From Patescibacteria group bacterium (GTDB lineage Bacteria > Patescibacteriota > Minisyncoccia > Phycocordibacterales > Phycocordibacteraceae): DNA of 64,000 bases. Each line of letters starts with the position of its first letter. Position 1 is the stretch's first letter. Under the pieces are notes generated by a model that was not told the DNA's origin, made no database searches, and worked only from the letters and a program-made list of their open reading frames with translations. A program made the position numbers and the translations under genes. The DNA lies in assembly GCA_040390125.1 (NCBI GenBank), contig JAZJYZ010000001.1:70428-134427 (forward strand). Direction: 5' to 3'. Shown in pieces: positions 17,829 to 27,220 of this stretch.

Positions 17829-18176
17829 ATGGAAAGCTTATTCCCCTCACTCTTTACGTTTACTTTTTTTGCACCACTCATTCTACGAATTGCGATTGCA
17901 TTTGTATTCTTCGAAGCAGCTCGTGGCACTTGGAAGCAACAGAAGTCAGGCAAGGTGGCATCTTTCACCTCCGGCATCCTAGGCATTGCGCTTATGCTTG
18001 GTGCGTTTACCCAGCTCGCTGCAATATTAGGAATTGCAAAAATTATTCTTCTCACTTCTCAGAGACGAGTTCCTTCTATCTTTCATCGTAGAGCATTTGC
18101 ACTTCTCGTTATTGCCATACTACTCTCGCTCATTTTGACCGGCCCTGGAGCAATAGCGATTGATTTGCCGTATTAG
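17829..18176 (+). CDS. DoxX-like small membrane protein
   Basis: The APLILRIAIAFVFFEAARGTWKQ pattern and about 4 TM helices fit. I chose the internal Met because the longer ORF overlaps the convergent methyltransferase gene. Confidence 0.4.
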   Translation: MESLFPSLFTFTFFAPLILRIAIAFVFFEAARGTWKQQKSGKVASFTSGILGIALMLGAFTQLAAILGIAKIILLTSQRRVPSIFHRRAFALLVIAILLSLILTGPGAIAIDLPY

Positions 18177-18243
18177 GACTCTCACGCTCGACTTTTGAAG
18201 AGTGAATTGCTTTTTCTATTTTAAGGATTATTCTTGACCGGGT

Positions 18244-18420
18244 ATGGGACCTGGACATAAAGAAAAATCTGGACCTTCGGGCGACAGTCCGGCCACTGAA
18301 GAATTCCCGACTAAAATTCCTGGTGAGGGCCCTGGCCATGAAAATATTGATTGGAATCTACGTGCGGCGCTGCGGGCGCAAGAAAGGTTTGAGGAAGAGG
18401 GTGAGTTTGATGACGATTAA
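18244..18420 (+). CDS. Small acidic protein (58 aa), hypothetical, not in the ORF track
   Basis: MGPGHKEKSGPSGDSPATEEFPTKIPGEGPGHENIDWNLRAALRAQERFEEEGEFDDD. An AGGA-like motif lies about 15 nt upstream. Confidence 0.3.
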   Translation: MGPGHKEKSGPSGDSPATEEFPTKIPGEGPGHENIDWNLRAALRAQERFEEEGEFDDD

Positions 18421-18562
18421 CCATACCGGGGCTCGGCTACAACTCTCGGCTCACCCATGTTCACCTCGGTCGCAGCCCCAGCTCACGGTTTTTTGAAACC
18501 AAAAAACATCGTTCCGCTTTTCGAGCCCAGGACGCATGCAAACTATTGCATGCTCGGTCGCA

Positions 18563-18596
18563 CAGCAAAAACAGCACTTTCGTGCTGTTTTTAAAA
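18563..18596 (-). terminator. Rho-independent terminator downstream of tRNA-Lys
   Basis: aaaaACAGCACtttcGTGCTGTttttt hairpin flanked by A and T runs. Confidence 0.55.
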
Positions 18597-18600
18597 GCTG

Positions 18601-18673
<73 letters not shown>

Positions 18674-18893
18674 AAGCGAGAAGGAAAGTGTCTGCGGAGC
18701 AGTGTTTTTGCGAGGAAGAGGCAAAGGAAAGTCTTGCTTTCATTTTGACTCGACGAAACAAAAACAAGAGCGTCAGCGAACTTTCTTCGAGTGACCCGCC
18801 CGAAAGGTTCCCTTACGGGCGGGTGTTTCTTCTCCTAGTGTCCACCCGAAAGCAAAGCTTTGGGGCGAATTCGTGGATTATGCTCTAAAAATC

Positions 18894-19586
18894 TTATTTT
18901 TTCAACAAGAACGCCTCGAGTAAGTCCCCCAAATTCCCCCCACCCATACGAGACCGGTGCACTATTGCGACAAGCTCTCGAGAGATTTCTTCACATCCCG
19001 CCTCCCCTAAACGGGCTCCCGCTTTTTTTGCTTTTGAATATACAAATGGTTTTAGCCCTGCCTCTTCTGCTGTTTTTGATTTAGACGCAACAACCATCGC
19101 ACGTGCCTGCCACATCAAAATTCCGTGAATTTCTTCAGGTTGAGATCCTGCCTCAATAAGCCTACGGTACGTTATCCAAGAGCCTTTCCTGTCACCTGTC
19201 GCAAACGAATCGGTTAATGCAAATGCACTCAGTGGTGGTGCTTCATTTTTTTCTTTTACATCAAAGTGTTCTATCTCTGCACTCTTGGGGATTGCCTTAA
19301 GAATGAGGGCTGAAAGTGCAAGTTCAACAACAATAACAAGAGCATCTCCTTCTGCTAAATCTTTTCCATGCTCAGTGAGTAACACTTTCCCATCTGCATC
19401 CTCGAGAGGCCTGTCTAGAAGAAGGGTCGTTTTTGGAACAAAGAGACCTCTAGCACTCAAGTATCCAAGCGCATTGAAAAACGGTTCGCCTCCTTCACCA
19501 AACCGCACAACCTCGGAGCCTTCTGCAAGCTTCGCTGCTCGCACTTTTGCTTTTGGTATGTCAGAACCTATAAGTAAATAAAGCAT
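18894..19586 (-). CDS. Hypothetical protein; possible DNA polymerase III delta (HolA)-like, short
   Basis: 230 aa. The N-terminal LYLLIGSD and a mid-region helical segment weakly resemble HolA. It is adjacent to polA. Confidence 0.3.
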   Translation of the reverse strand: MLYLLIGSDIPKAKVRAAKLAEGSEVVRFGEGGEPFFNALGYLSARGLFVPKTTLLLDRPLEDADGKVLLTEHGKDLAEGDALVIVVELALSALILKAIPKSAEIEHFDVKEKNEAPPLSAFALTDSFATGDRKGSWITYRRLIEAGSQPEEIHGILMWQARAMVVASKSKTAEEAGLKPFVYSKAKKAGARLGEAGCEEISRELVAIVHRSRMGGGNLGDLLEAFLLKK

Positions 19587-19611
19587 GATGATGTTCCCTA
19601 AACGCTAAACC

Positions 19612-22077
19612 CTATTCACTAAATGTTCCCTCCGGAACCGACGAGGCGTCGCCTAGTTTAGACATTTCCCCCCAATTAGCTCCGACGGAAGAAGAGGAAA
19701 GAATGGGAACGCCTTTTGTTTTCTCAGGCGGGACTATTCCCTGCATATGCTCAAGGATTTTTGGGGCAAGCTCTTTTACTTTTTCTTTTCGTATTTCGAA
19801 AATAAGCTCATCGTGCACCTGGAGAATGAGGTGGGCATCTCCTTTGTATTCTCTCTGCAAAAGAGCATCGATTTCAATCATGGCGAGCTTGATGATGTCA
19901 GCTTGGGTGCCCTGCATCGGTGCGTTCAGTGCCTGTCGCTCTGCCTCGGCGCGCACGAAGGGCAATTTTGAACGAAGCCCCAGGAAAAAACGTTTCCTGC
20001 CGAAAAGTGTTTTCGTATAGCCGAGCCTGGACGCATCCGCTTTCACTGAAGTTAGATACTCTGCAAGACCTGCAAAGTTTGCAAAGTAGTCAGTGAGGTA
20101 TGCCTGTGCTTCGCTACGCTCAACTTTTTGTGCTCCAGTATCGAGGTTCATCTTGAGCGCATTGACTCCCATGCCATAGAGAATGCCGAAGTTAATAACC
20201 TTTGCCCTGCGACGCATCTCCGCATCAACTTCCTCGGGTGGAACTTTAAAAACGGCGGCGGCGACCGCACGGTGTACGTCCTCTCCACGCTTAAAAATAT
20301 CAATGAGCTTTTCATCACCCGAGAGAAATGCTGCAATGCGCAATTCTATTTGCGAATAGTCGAATGCTGCGAGCACAAAGCCTGGAGTAGCAACAAACGC
20401 ATTGCGGATACGTCGGCCAAGTTCGGTCTTAACAGGAATATTTTGCAAACCCGGGTCCTTTGAAGCCATGCGACCAGTTGCAGCGCCGGTCTGAATAAAC
20501 GTCGTGTGCAGACGACTTTCCTCGTCCAAGAGAGGCGGAATGGCGTCAATGTAGGTACCTAACAGCTTGGAGAGACTGCGATACGCAAGAATGTCATCGA
20601 TAATAGGATGTGCGTCTTTTAATTTTACTAGCTCGGATTCTTTAGTTGAGAGTTGGCCAGTTGCTGTCTTTTTTTGGCGTTTACCCTCTATGCCAATGCC
20701 AAGTTTAGTAAAAAGAATATCCCCTAGTTGCTTTGGTGAACTTATATTAAATTCTGTCCCCGCATGGGCATGTATTTTTTTCTCGAGCTTCGCAAGTTCT
20801 TTTGTATATTGATGCGATAGGTCTTTTAAATACGGCGCATCAATCAATACGCCACGTTTATTCATAGCCTCAACGACAGGAATGAGTGGTTTTTCAATGT
20901 TTTCAAAAACCCATGTTAATTCTTCCTTTTCCACCAGGATTTTGAGCTTCGCATGTGCCTCAGCAATACTGGCTGATTTTGTGTTCGCAAGCACGTCGTC
21001 GAGCGTCGGATTCGTAATCTCTGACTGGGTGAGCCAAAGCATGACTGCAGATTCAGCGAGAAGCGCTGAATCTGCAGAGTTTAGAGTACTGAGTCCAGAG
21101 TTCTGAGTTTCAGTAGTAACTTTGGACTCTGGACTCAGTACTCTCGACTCAGAACTGCCCGCCAAAGCACTCATTCTCGGCACAAGAGAACGGAACCCCA
21201 GATCGGTAAAAAGAGCCGTAGCGTTTGCAACATCAAGAGTGTCTCTAAATGTCTTTTCAGGTTCTTTAAAAACAATTGGTGCGTCGGTGCGTATCGTTGC
21301 CAAAACCTTTGAAAATTCAGCTTCATCTTCGTGCTCCCGAAGTAAATTTACGTTCCTCTCTGAAAACCCCGCCTCTTTCCACCTGTCCGTCGTCCACTGC
21401 GCACTGTGCACTGCTTTATATACCCCTTCCATTGAGTCAAATGCCTGCAAAAGCTTGGTTGCAGTTTTCTCACCAATACCAGGAATTCCTATGATGTTGT
21501 CAGATGGATCACCTGCAAATCCTTTGTAATCAGGAATGCGAACAGGTAGAAACCCGTATCTCGCAAGCACTGCTTTCTCATCGTAGAGAATAGTATCTTG
21601 AATACCTTTGCGAAGCGTAAATACTCGAACTTTTTCATCGTCAACCAACTGCAATGTATCCATGTCGCCGGACGCAATGATGACATTAAAGTTTTTTTTC
21701 GCACTCGTGGCTATCGTGCCAATAATATCGTCGGCTTCAAAGCCTGGCATTTCATAGATAGGAATACTGAACGCCGACAAAATGTCCCTTGAGCGATTAA
21801 TTTGCGTTATGAGAGAATCATCGATTTGTGGACGTTTCGCTTTGTACTCTTTATATACCTCGTGACGATGCGTTGGCCCTGGCAGGTCATACGCGGCAAC
21901 TACGTGGTCGGGCTTTAAATCCTTGATGATTTTTATGAGCATCGCTGCAAGTCCGTACACAGCATTCACTGGCTCCCCTGACGGCGAGTACATCTCCGGT
22001 AGTGCATGGTAGGCGCGATGGATAATCGCATGGGTATCAAGGAGGATGAGCGTCTCTTTTGCTTTTTTTGCACTCAT
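19612..22077 (-). CDS. polA: DNA polymerase I (5'-3' exonuclease plus polymerase domains, no recognisable 3'-5' exo domain)
   Basis: 821 aa. N-terminal DTHAIIHRAYHA (FEN/5'-exo). Motif B RRRAKVINFGILYGMG and motif C LQVHDELIFE are present. Confidence 0.9.
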   Translation of the reverse strand: MSAKKAKETLILLDTHAIIHRAYHALPEMYSPSGEPVNAVYGLAAMLIKIIKDLKPDHVVAAYDLPGPTHRHEVYKEYKAKRPQIDDSLITQINRSRDILSAFSIPIYEMPGFEADDIIGTIATSAKKNFNVIIASGDMDTLQLVDDEKVRVFTLRKGIQDTILYDEKAVLARYGFLPVRIPDYKGFAGDPSDNIIGIPGIGEKTATKLLQAFDSMEGVYKAVHSAQWTTDRWKEAGFSERNVNLLREHEDEAEFSKVLATIRTDAPIVFKEPEKTFRDTLDVANATALFTDLGFRSLVPRMSALAGSSESRVLSPESKVTTETQNSGLSTLNSADSALLAESAVMLWLTQSEITNPTLDDVLANTKSASIAEAHAKLKILVEKEELTWVFENIEKPLIPVVEAMNKRGVLIDAPYLKDLSHQYTKELAKLEKKIHAHAGTEFNISSPKQLGDILFTKLGIGIEGKRQKKTATGQLSTKESELVKLKDAHPIIDDILAYRSLSKLLGTYIDAIPPLLDEESRLHTTFIQTGAATGRMASKDPGLQNIPVKTELGRRIRNAFVATPGFVLAAFDYSQIELRIAAFLSGDEKLIDIFKRGEDVHRAVAAAVFKVPPEEVDAEMRRRAKVINFGILYGMGVNALKMNLDTGAQKVERSEAQAYLTDYFANFAGLAEYLTSVKADASRLGYTKTLFGRKRFFLGLRSKLPFVRAEAERQALNAPMQGTQADIIKLAMIEIDALLQREYKGDAHLILQVHDELIFEIRKEKVKELAPKILEHMQGIVPPEKTKGVPILSSSSVGANWGEMSKLGDASSVPEGTFSE

Positions 22078-22511
22078 ACGATCCTCTCTCTAAGCTCCCG
22101 TTCGTTTTCAGATAAGACTTCGAAATCAAGACAATGAAGCCCTGGTTGCATCCCACCGGGCACCCGCTCAGGCCACTCTACAAGAATGAGATTCTCGGGC
22201 TCTCCTATGTACTCTTTCCATCCGACAGTGTCGGTGTCGGCACTCTCTAGACGATACGCATCAACGTGTACTAATTTCTTGAAGGGAGGATGTGGAATGG
22301 GCATAGGATATACCTGAACAATTGGGAATGTCGGGCTCGTTACTGCAGATTCAATACCTAGTGCCTTAGCCACTTCTTTGGTAAAAGCAGTCTTCCCCGC
22401 ACCAAGCTCCCCACATAAGCCCACAATGTACGCCCCCTGCCTATGGTGTTTCGGCAAACCCTCCACAAACTTTCTGGCATATTCTGGCAGTTCTTCCAAC
22501 GTCACTTTCAT
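22074..22511 (-). CDS. tsaE: tRNA threonylcarbamoyladenosine biosynthesis protein TsaE
   Basis: 145 aa with GELGAGKTAFTKEVAKALG...SPTFPIV...HVDAYRL. Confidence 0.8.
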   Translation of the reverse strand: MKVTLEELPEYARKFVEGLPKHHRQGAYIVGLCGELGAGKTAFTKEVAKALGIESAVTSPTFPIVQVYPMPIPHPPFKKLVHVDAYRLESADTDTVGWKEYIGEPENLILVEWPERVPGGMQPGLHCLDFEVLSENERELRERIV

Positions 22512-22608
22512 ATCTCTTATAATCAGTATAATGCCGTTTCTTGGATGTTCCCAAGCTAAAAGCTAGAAGCTAGAAGCTAGAAGCTACCTTTAAGGTACTA
22601 TTCTCTCT

Positions 22609-24282
22609 ATGGTACAAACCGACGACACTGACAACCGCCTCCGAGAGCTACAGCTCAGGGAAGAAGAAGAGCTCACACTTATGCTTTCGCATAGGTATAA
22701 GGTTCGCTATCTGGATTTGACTCGGGTCTCCATTAACACTGATGCACTTCGTCTTATTCTGGAACCTACCGCTCGGGACGCTGAAGTTGCAGCGTTCGAC
22801 ATCGTTGGTAAAAAACTTACACTCGCTGTACGCTCTCCTCAACATCCGAAGCTTCCACTACTCTTAGAAGATTTAAAAAAACTTGGATACGAAATCGAAG
22901 AGGTAATGGTGTCACGTGTATCTTTGGAGCGTGCATGGGAACACTATAAAGATCTTTCTTTCGCAGTAGAGTCAAAGCAAGGTGTGCTGGATGTTTCACC
23001 GGAGGAGTTAAAAAAGGTAATCGGGACAATACATACCATAGAAGACATACAGAAAGCTGTTGCAAGCGTGACTGAGATGAAGCGTGCGTATCGTGTATCA
23101 AAAATACTTGAAGTAGTTCTTGCTGGAGCATTTGCGGTTGAAGCCTCCGACATTCACATTGAGCCGGAACAAACTCAAGTACGCCTGAGGTATCGCCTTG
23201 ATGGTGTCTTGCACGACGTTATCAATTTCGACACAGATACATCAAATCTTCTATTGTCCCGACTAAAGCTACTCTCGGGGTTGAAGTTGAACCTTAAGAG
23301 TCGCCCACAAGACGGACGATTTAGTCTTGCAATGGAAGGCAAAGAGATAGAAATTCGCACTTCTGTGATTCCCGGTGCGTACGGAGAAACAGTGGTGATG
23401 CGTCTTTTGAACCCTGACACTATTTCCGTACCATTTGAGGCTCTCGGCATGGAACCGAAACTACGAGCGCTCGTTGAGCGTGAAATCGGTAATCCAAACG
23501 GCATGCTCTTAAACACGGGGCCAACAGGTAGTGGAAAAACAACCACGTTGTATGCGTGCATGAAAAAAATAAATTCTTCTGAAATCAAAATAATTACCAT
23601 TGAAGACCCTGTTGAATATCACGTCGACGGCCTCGTGCAAACCCAAGTGGATGAAAAAAATTACACATTCCTCCAAGGGCTACGTTCCGCCTTGCGACAA
23701 GATCCCGATGTCATCATGATTGGAGAAATTCGTGACGAGGAAGTTGCGAAAACTGCAATTGATGCTGCACTCACCGGTCACTTCGTATTCTCAACATTGC
23801 ACACAAACGATGCCGCCGGCTCATTCCCTCGCCTTGTTGATCTTGGAGTGGATGCAAAAGTGTTTGGCTCTGCAATCAACGTGGCAATGGCACAAAGATT
23901 GGTGCGAGTTTTGTGCAAGCAATGCAAGAAACAAGTTCCACTTGAAGGTAAAGATAAGGAGCACGTTGATACGGTGCTTGCGGGTCTGCGGGATAAAAGC
24001 ATCATTCCAGCTGACATCTCAAAGGTATTTGCACCAGTGGGGTGTCCTGCCTGCAACAATACTGGGTTCAAGGGTCGTATCGGTGTATTTGAAGCGGTAG
24101 TAATTGATACTGAGATGGACACACTGCTTCGCACATCCCCTTCCGAACACGACATACAGAAGCTTCAACGCACAAAAGAAATACTCACGATGGTTGAAGA
24201 CGGCATTATGAAAGTTTTGACTGGCGTCACTTCTCTCGACGAACTCAACCGAGTGGTCTTAATTGAGGAAACCCTGAAATAA
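22609..24282 (+). CDS. pilB: Type IV pilus/T2SS assembly ATPase (PilB/GspE family)
   Basis: 557 aa with Walker A GPTGSGKTTT and EDPVEY, a His box (TLHTNDAAG) and a CxxC...CxxC tetracysteine. Confidence 0.85.
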   Translation: MVQTDDTDNRLRELQLREEEELTLMLSHRYKVRYLDLTRVSINTDALRLILEPTARDAEVAAFDIVGKKLTLAVRSPQHPKLPLLLEDLKKLGYEIEEVMVSRVSLERAWEHYKDLSFAVESKQGVLDVSPEELKKVIGTIHTIEDIQKAVASVTEMKRAYRVSKILEVVLAGAFAVEASDIHIEPEQTQVRLRYRLDGVLHDVINFDTDTSNLLLSRLKLLSGLKLNLKSRPQDGRFSLAMEGKEIEIRTSVIPGAYGETVVMRLLNPDTISVPFEALGMEPKLRALVEREIGNPNGMLLNTGPTGSGKTTTLYACMKKINSSEIKIITIEDPVEYHVDGLVQTQVDEKNYTFLQGLRSALRQDPDVIMIGEIRDEEVAKTAIDAALTGHFVFSTLHTNDAAGSFPRLVDLGVDAKVFGSAINVAMAQRLVRVLCKQCKKQVPLEGKDKEHVDTVLAGLRDKSIIPADISKVFAPVGCPACNNTGFKGRIGVFEAVVIDTEMDTLLRTSPSEHDIQKLQRTKEILTMVEDGIMKVLTGVTSLDELNRVVLIEETLK

Positions 24283-24477
24283 AAAAACCGCACCCCTCTA
24301 AACAACGCTTTGCAGTGAAGGTGGAACAAGTGATGAGGAGGTCGCCAGAGTGTAGGCCGAAACCTAGAACCAGCGAATCCTTACAATGATGCCACGGCGT
24401 TGCTTAGATGGGCACGATTTCTGTACAAGAAAACCCCTTTCGGGGCTATAATACAATGCTAGCATAGGCTTTTAGAT

Positions 24478-25509
24478 ATGTCAAGGGCACAACCATTACG
24501 GAACGATTCAGAAGACGACGCACCCAAAGAGGCCGGCGAGCGTGTTTTAGATCAGACACTTCGCCCGGAAGCATGGGAAGAATATGTCGGACAGGAAAAT
24601 GTAAAAGAAAATCTACGTGTGCTCATAGCAGCAGCAAGAGAAAGAAACCACGCCCCCGAACACACACTCCTTTATGGTCCTCCTGGTCTTGGAAAAACTA
24701 CACTTGCACATTTGATGGCAAAAGAGCTCGGTGCAAACATGCGTGCAACGGCAGGTCCCGTTATAGAGCGTGTGGGTGATCTTGCTGCGATTCTTACAAA
24801 CCTCGAGCCAGGTGATGTGCTTTTTATCGACGAGATACATAGACTCAACAAAACTATTGAGGAAGTTTTGTATCCTGCAATGGAAGCAGGTAAGCTCGAC
24901 ATTATTATCGGCAAAGGCCCCTCAGCTCGCACCATAGAGCTCGCCCTCCCCTCTTTCACGCTCGTAGGCGCAACAACAAGAATTGGACTCATCTCGGCAC
25001 CACTGCGCTCACGCTTCTCAGGCGGAGTATTCCAACTTGATTTTTATTCTGAAAAAGAAATCGAGAGAATCCTTGCCCGCTCTGCACAAATTCTAGGAAT
25101 TGAAGCTGACGCAGATGCACTTCAGGAAATTGCAAAACGTTCACGTAAAACACCACGCACCGCAAACTATCTTTTAAAAAGAAGCCGTGATGTTGCACAG
25201 CTTGATAGAACGGCACTCTCAAAAGTAGCAGCAGAAAAAGCGCTCGCCATGATTGGTATTGATACTGCCGGCCTCACCCCTTCCGACAGGCGAATCCTTG
25301 AAGCCCTTATAACGAAATTCGGCGGAGGGCCCGTGGGCGTAAAGACACTCGCAGCGGCAGCAGCTGAGGACGAGCAAACAATCGAGGATGTGTATGAGCC
25401 GTACTTAATGCAAGAGGGATTCTTGGAACGCACACCTCGTGGGCGTATTGTTACTGCTAGAGCTCGAGAGCATTTAGGGAAAGGAGGTGCGCAAAAAAAA
25501 CTTATATGA
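24478..25509 (+). CDS. ruvB: Holliday-junction branch-migration helicase RuvB
   Basis: 343 aa with [19 protein letters not shown]...[14 protein letters not shown]...[10 protein letters not shown]. Confidence 0.9.
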   Translation: MSRAQPLRNDSEDDAPKEAGERVLDQTLRPEAWEEYVGQENVKENLRVLIAAARERNHAPEHTLLYGPPGLGKTTLAHLMAKELGANMRATAGPVIERVGDLAAILTNLEPGDVLFIDEIHRLNKTIEEVLYPAMEAGKLDIIIGKGPSARTIELALPSFTLVGATTRIGLISAPLRSRFSGGVFQLDFYSEKEIERILARSAQILGIEADADALQEIAKRSRKTPRTANYLLKRSRDVAQLDRTALSKVAAEKALAMIGIDTAGLTPSDRRILEALITKFGGGPVGVKTLAAAAAEDEQTIEDVYEPYLMQEGFLERTPRGRIVTARAREHLGKGGAQKKLI

Positions 25510-25838
25510 GTTTACTTTCAGACAAATTAAAGGCTTGGGTAAAAAATCAGGAGGCAATTATTTGGCAAGCCCAGAAGAAAGAGCGTGGTGATGCATCACA
25601 CCTACTTGCCTACACAGTAAAACTTGGGGAAGAAGTTGGAGAACTTGCAGAACAGGTATTGGCTCGGTTTGGGTATCAAAGAAAGTCAAAAGTGCTTGCA
25701 CAAGGAGACGATGAACTTGCTGACGAATGTGCCGATGTCATTATCGTGTCACTCTTTCTCGCAGAAGCTGCGGGTATTGATGTAGAAAAAGCGCTGGAGA
25801 GAAAAATGGAGAAGCTAGAAAAACGGAACCGTGAATAA
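25506..25838 (+). CDS. MazG-like nucleotide pyrophosphohydrolase (small single-domain)
   Basis: 110 aa with the EEVGELAE...[10 protein letters not shown] pattern of the MazG/NTP-PPase fold. There is a 4-nt overlap with ruvB. Confidence 0.55.
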   Translation: MSLLSDKLKAWVKNQEAIIWQAQKKERGDASHLLAYTVKLGEEVGELAEQVLARFGYQRKSKVLAQGDDELADECADVIIVSLFLAEAAGIDVEKALERKMEKLEKRNRE

Positions 25839-26033
25839 TCAATCGTCTTCCTTTATCCAGCCCAAAGCGTTTGCTACATCTCTCGGCACTATTCCAGAAC
25901 CGTTACAGGTGGAGCAACTCTCCTCTTTCATACCAGAGCGTCTTCCATAGAAGCCCGGGCGCACTTTGCTGCAACCCTCCGCCATGCAACGTAACGCTCT
26001 ATTTTCAAAACGTAAGTGAGGCTCTCCAAGCAT
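25839..26033 (-). CDS. Small zinc-ribbon-like protein with a CxxCxGxG motif, hypothetical
   Basis: 64 aa containing RCMAEGCSKV...ESCSTCNGSG. Confidence 0.3.
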   Translation of the reverse strand: MLGEPHLRFENRALRCMAEGCSKVRPGFYGRRSGMKEESCSTCNGSGIVPRDVANALGWIKEDD

Positions 26034-26572
26034 CTGAAGAAGATATCATTTTTAGGCTGACTAACTTGAGTTTTTTAGAAAAACTATTGTTTTTATCAAC
26101 CTTTGTTACATTCATAACAAAACCTCTCTACTATTTGAGATAAATCTCTGTCATTGATCAGGATTCGGTTGACGTCCTGTTCCGCCACACCAAACACAGT
26201 CCCCTCCTTTGCCGCCACACATCCAGCATTGTTCCTCCGGGAGAATGTGCGAGCGTCTTTCGTTATTCAAGAACATAAATATTTGTCCCCTCTATATTCC
26301 TGTAATGTCGACCTGTTACTTCCTGCTCAGGCTGTATTGAAGTAGGCCGTGTCTCCGACGTGTACGTCAGAGAACGTGGCCGCCCCCCTAATCGCCCGGC
26401 ATTGCTAATGAGAACATCGAGAATGGACGGTTGTTCTGATGGGTGTTCGTAGTTCATATTGTTTTTTTATTTATTACCACTACTAATATTTAAAGTGTGC
26501 CGGCATGAAGGAATAAAGTTAATTTCTTTGCGAAGGTTATTGATTTTTAACAAATTATGTTACATTTAAAAC

Positions 26573-27214
26573 ATGTTAAGTATTCCTGAAGCCGTACAGC
26601 AAGCTACGGAGAAGGATGGATTTCTTCATTTCGGACTCTCGAATGGAGTGTTAAACCTTTCTAAAACAGCACGTTTCATAAAACCGCTCATTGAGGTTCG
26701 TACGAAAAAAAGCGTGAGCGTGGCGGCTATCACTATGGCGCTTTCACGCCTTAAAACATTAAAAAAGAGAACTAATGTTCAATTGAAACAAGTAAAACTT
26801 GATTCAATAAATATCACAAAAAATCTTGCGGAAATTACATTCGAAAGAACCTCACACAATATTGCTGCACTTGAAAAAGTAGAGAAAGAAGTGCGTAGTA
26901 AGAACGGGTATATCGTCATAACGTTCGGCACTACTGAACTTACCATCATCGTCGAGGAAAATTTTCTTCCGAGTATTAAAAAAATCATGCCCGCAAGCCC
27001 GAAAGTAATACTGCCAGGACTTGTTGCCGTAGGGGCACAATTTAATGAAAATTATATTGCTCACGTCGGAATGGTATACGCACTGATACAGCAACTCACC
27101 TTTCAAAACATTAACGTAGTTGAATTCTCCTCAACATATACGGAACTCGTTTTTTACCTCAATAAGAAAGATATGAAGCTCGCATTTGATACGCTGTACG
27201 AGCAATTCATGTAA
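26573..27214 (+). CDS. Hypothetical protein
   Basis: 213 aa with no recognised motif. Confidence 0.4.
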   Translation: MLSIPEAVQQATEKDGFLHFGLSNGVLNLSKTARFIKPLIEVRTKKSVSVAAITMALSRLKTLKKRTNVQLKQVKLDSINITKNLAEITFERTSHNIAALEKVEKEVRSKNGYIVITFGTTELTIIVEENFLPSIKKIMPASPKVILPGLVAVGAQFNENYIAHVGMVYALIQQLTFQNINVVEFSSTYTELVFYLNKKDMKLAFDTLYEQFM

Positions 27215-27220
27215 ATATTC

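Noticed and set aside
19703-21792. Multiple plus-strand ORFs inside polA
   Set aside because: They are antisense to a well-supported 821-aa PolA reading frame.
22545-22600. Possibility that the tandem short repeats are a CRISPR array
   Set aside because: The units are only 8-10 nt with no spacers of 25-40 nt, and there are no cas genes. The periodicity is not CRISPR-like.
26034-26572. RNase P RNA, tmRNA or SRP RNA in the GC-richer non-coding gap
   Set aside because: By eye I found none of the conserved signatures (GGAAAGTCCGGGCTCC, AGGGTGAAA, the tmRNA tag reading frame or 3' tRNA-like end). This is left as unexplained rather than called.
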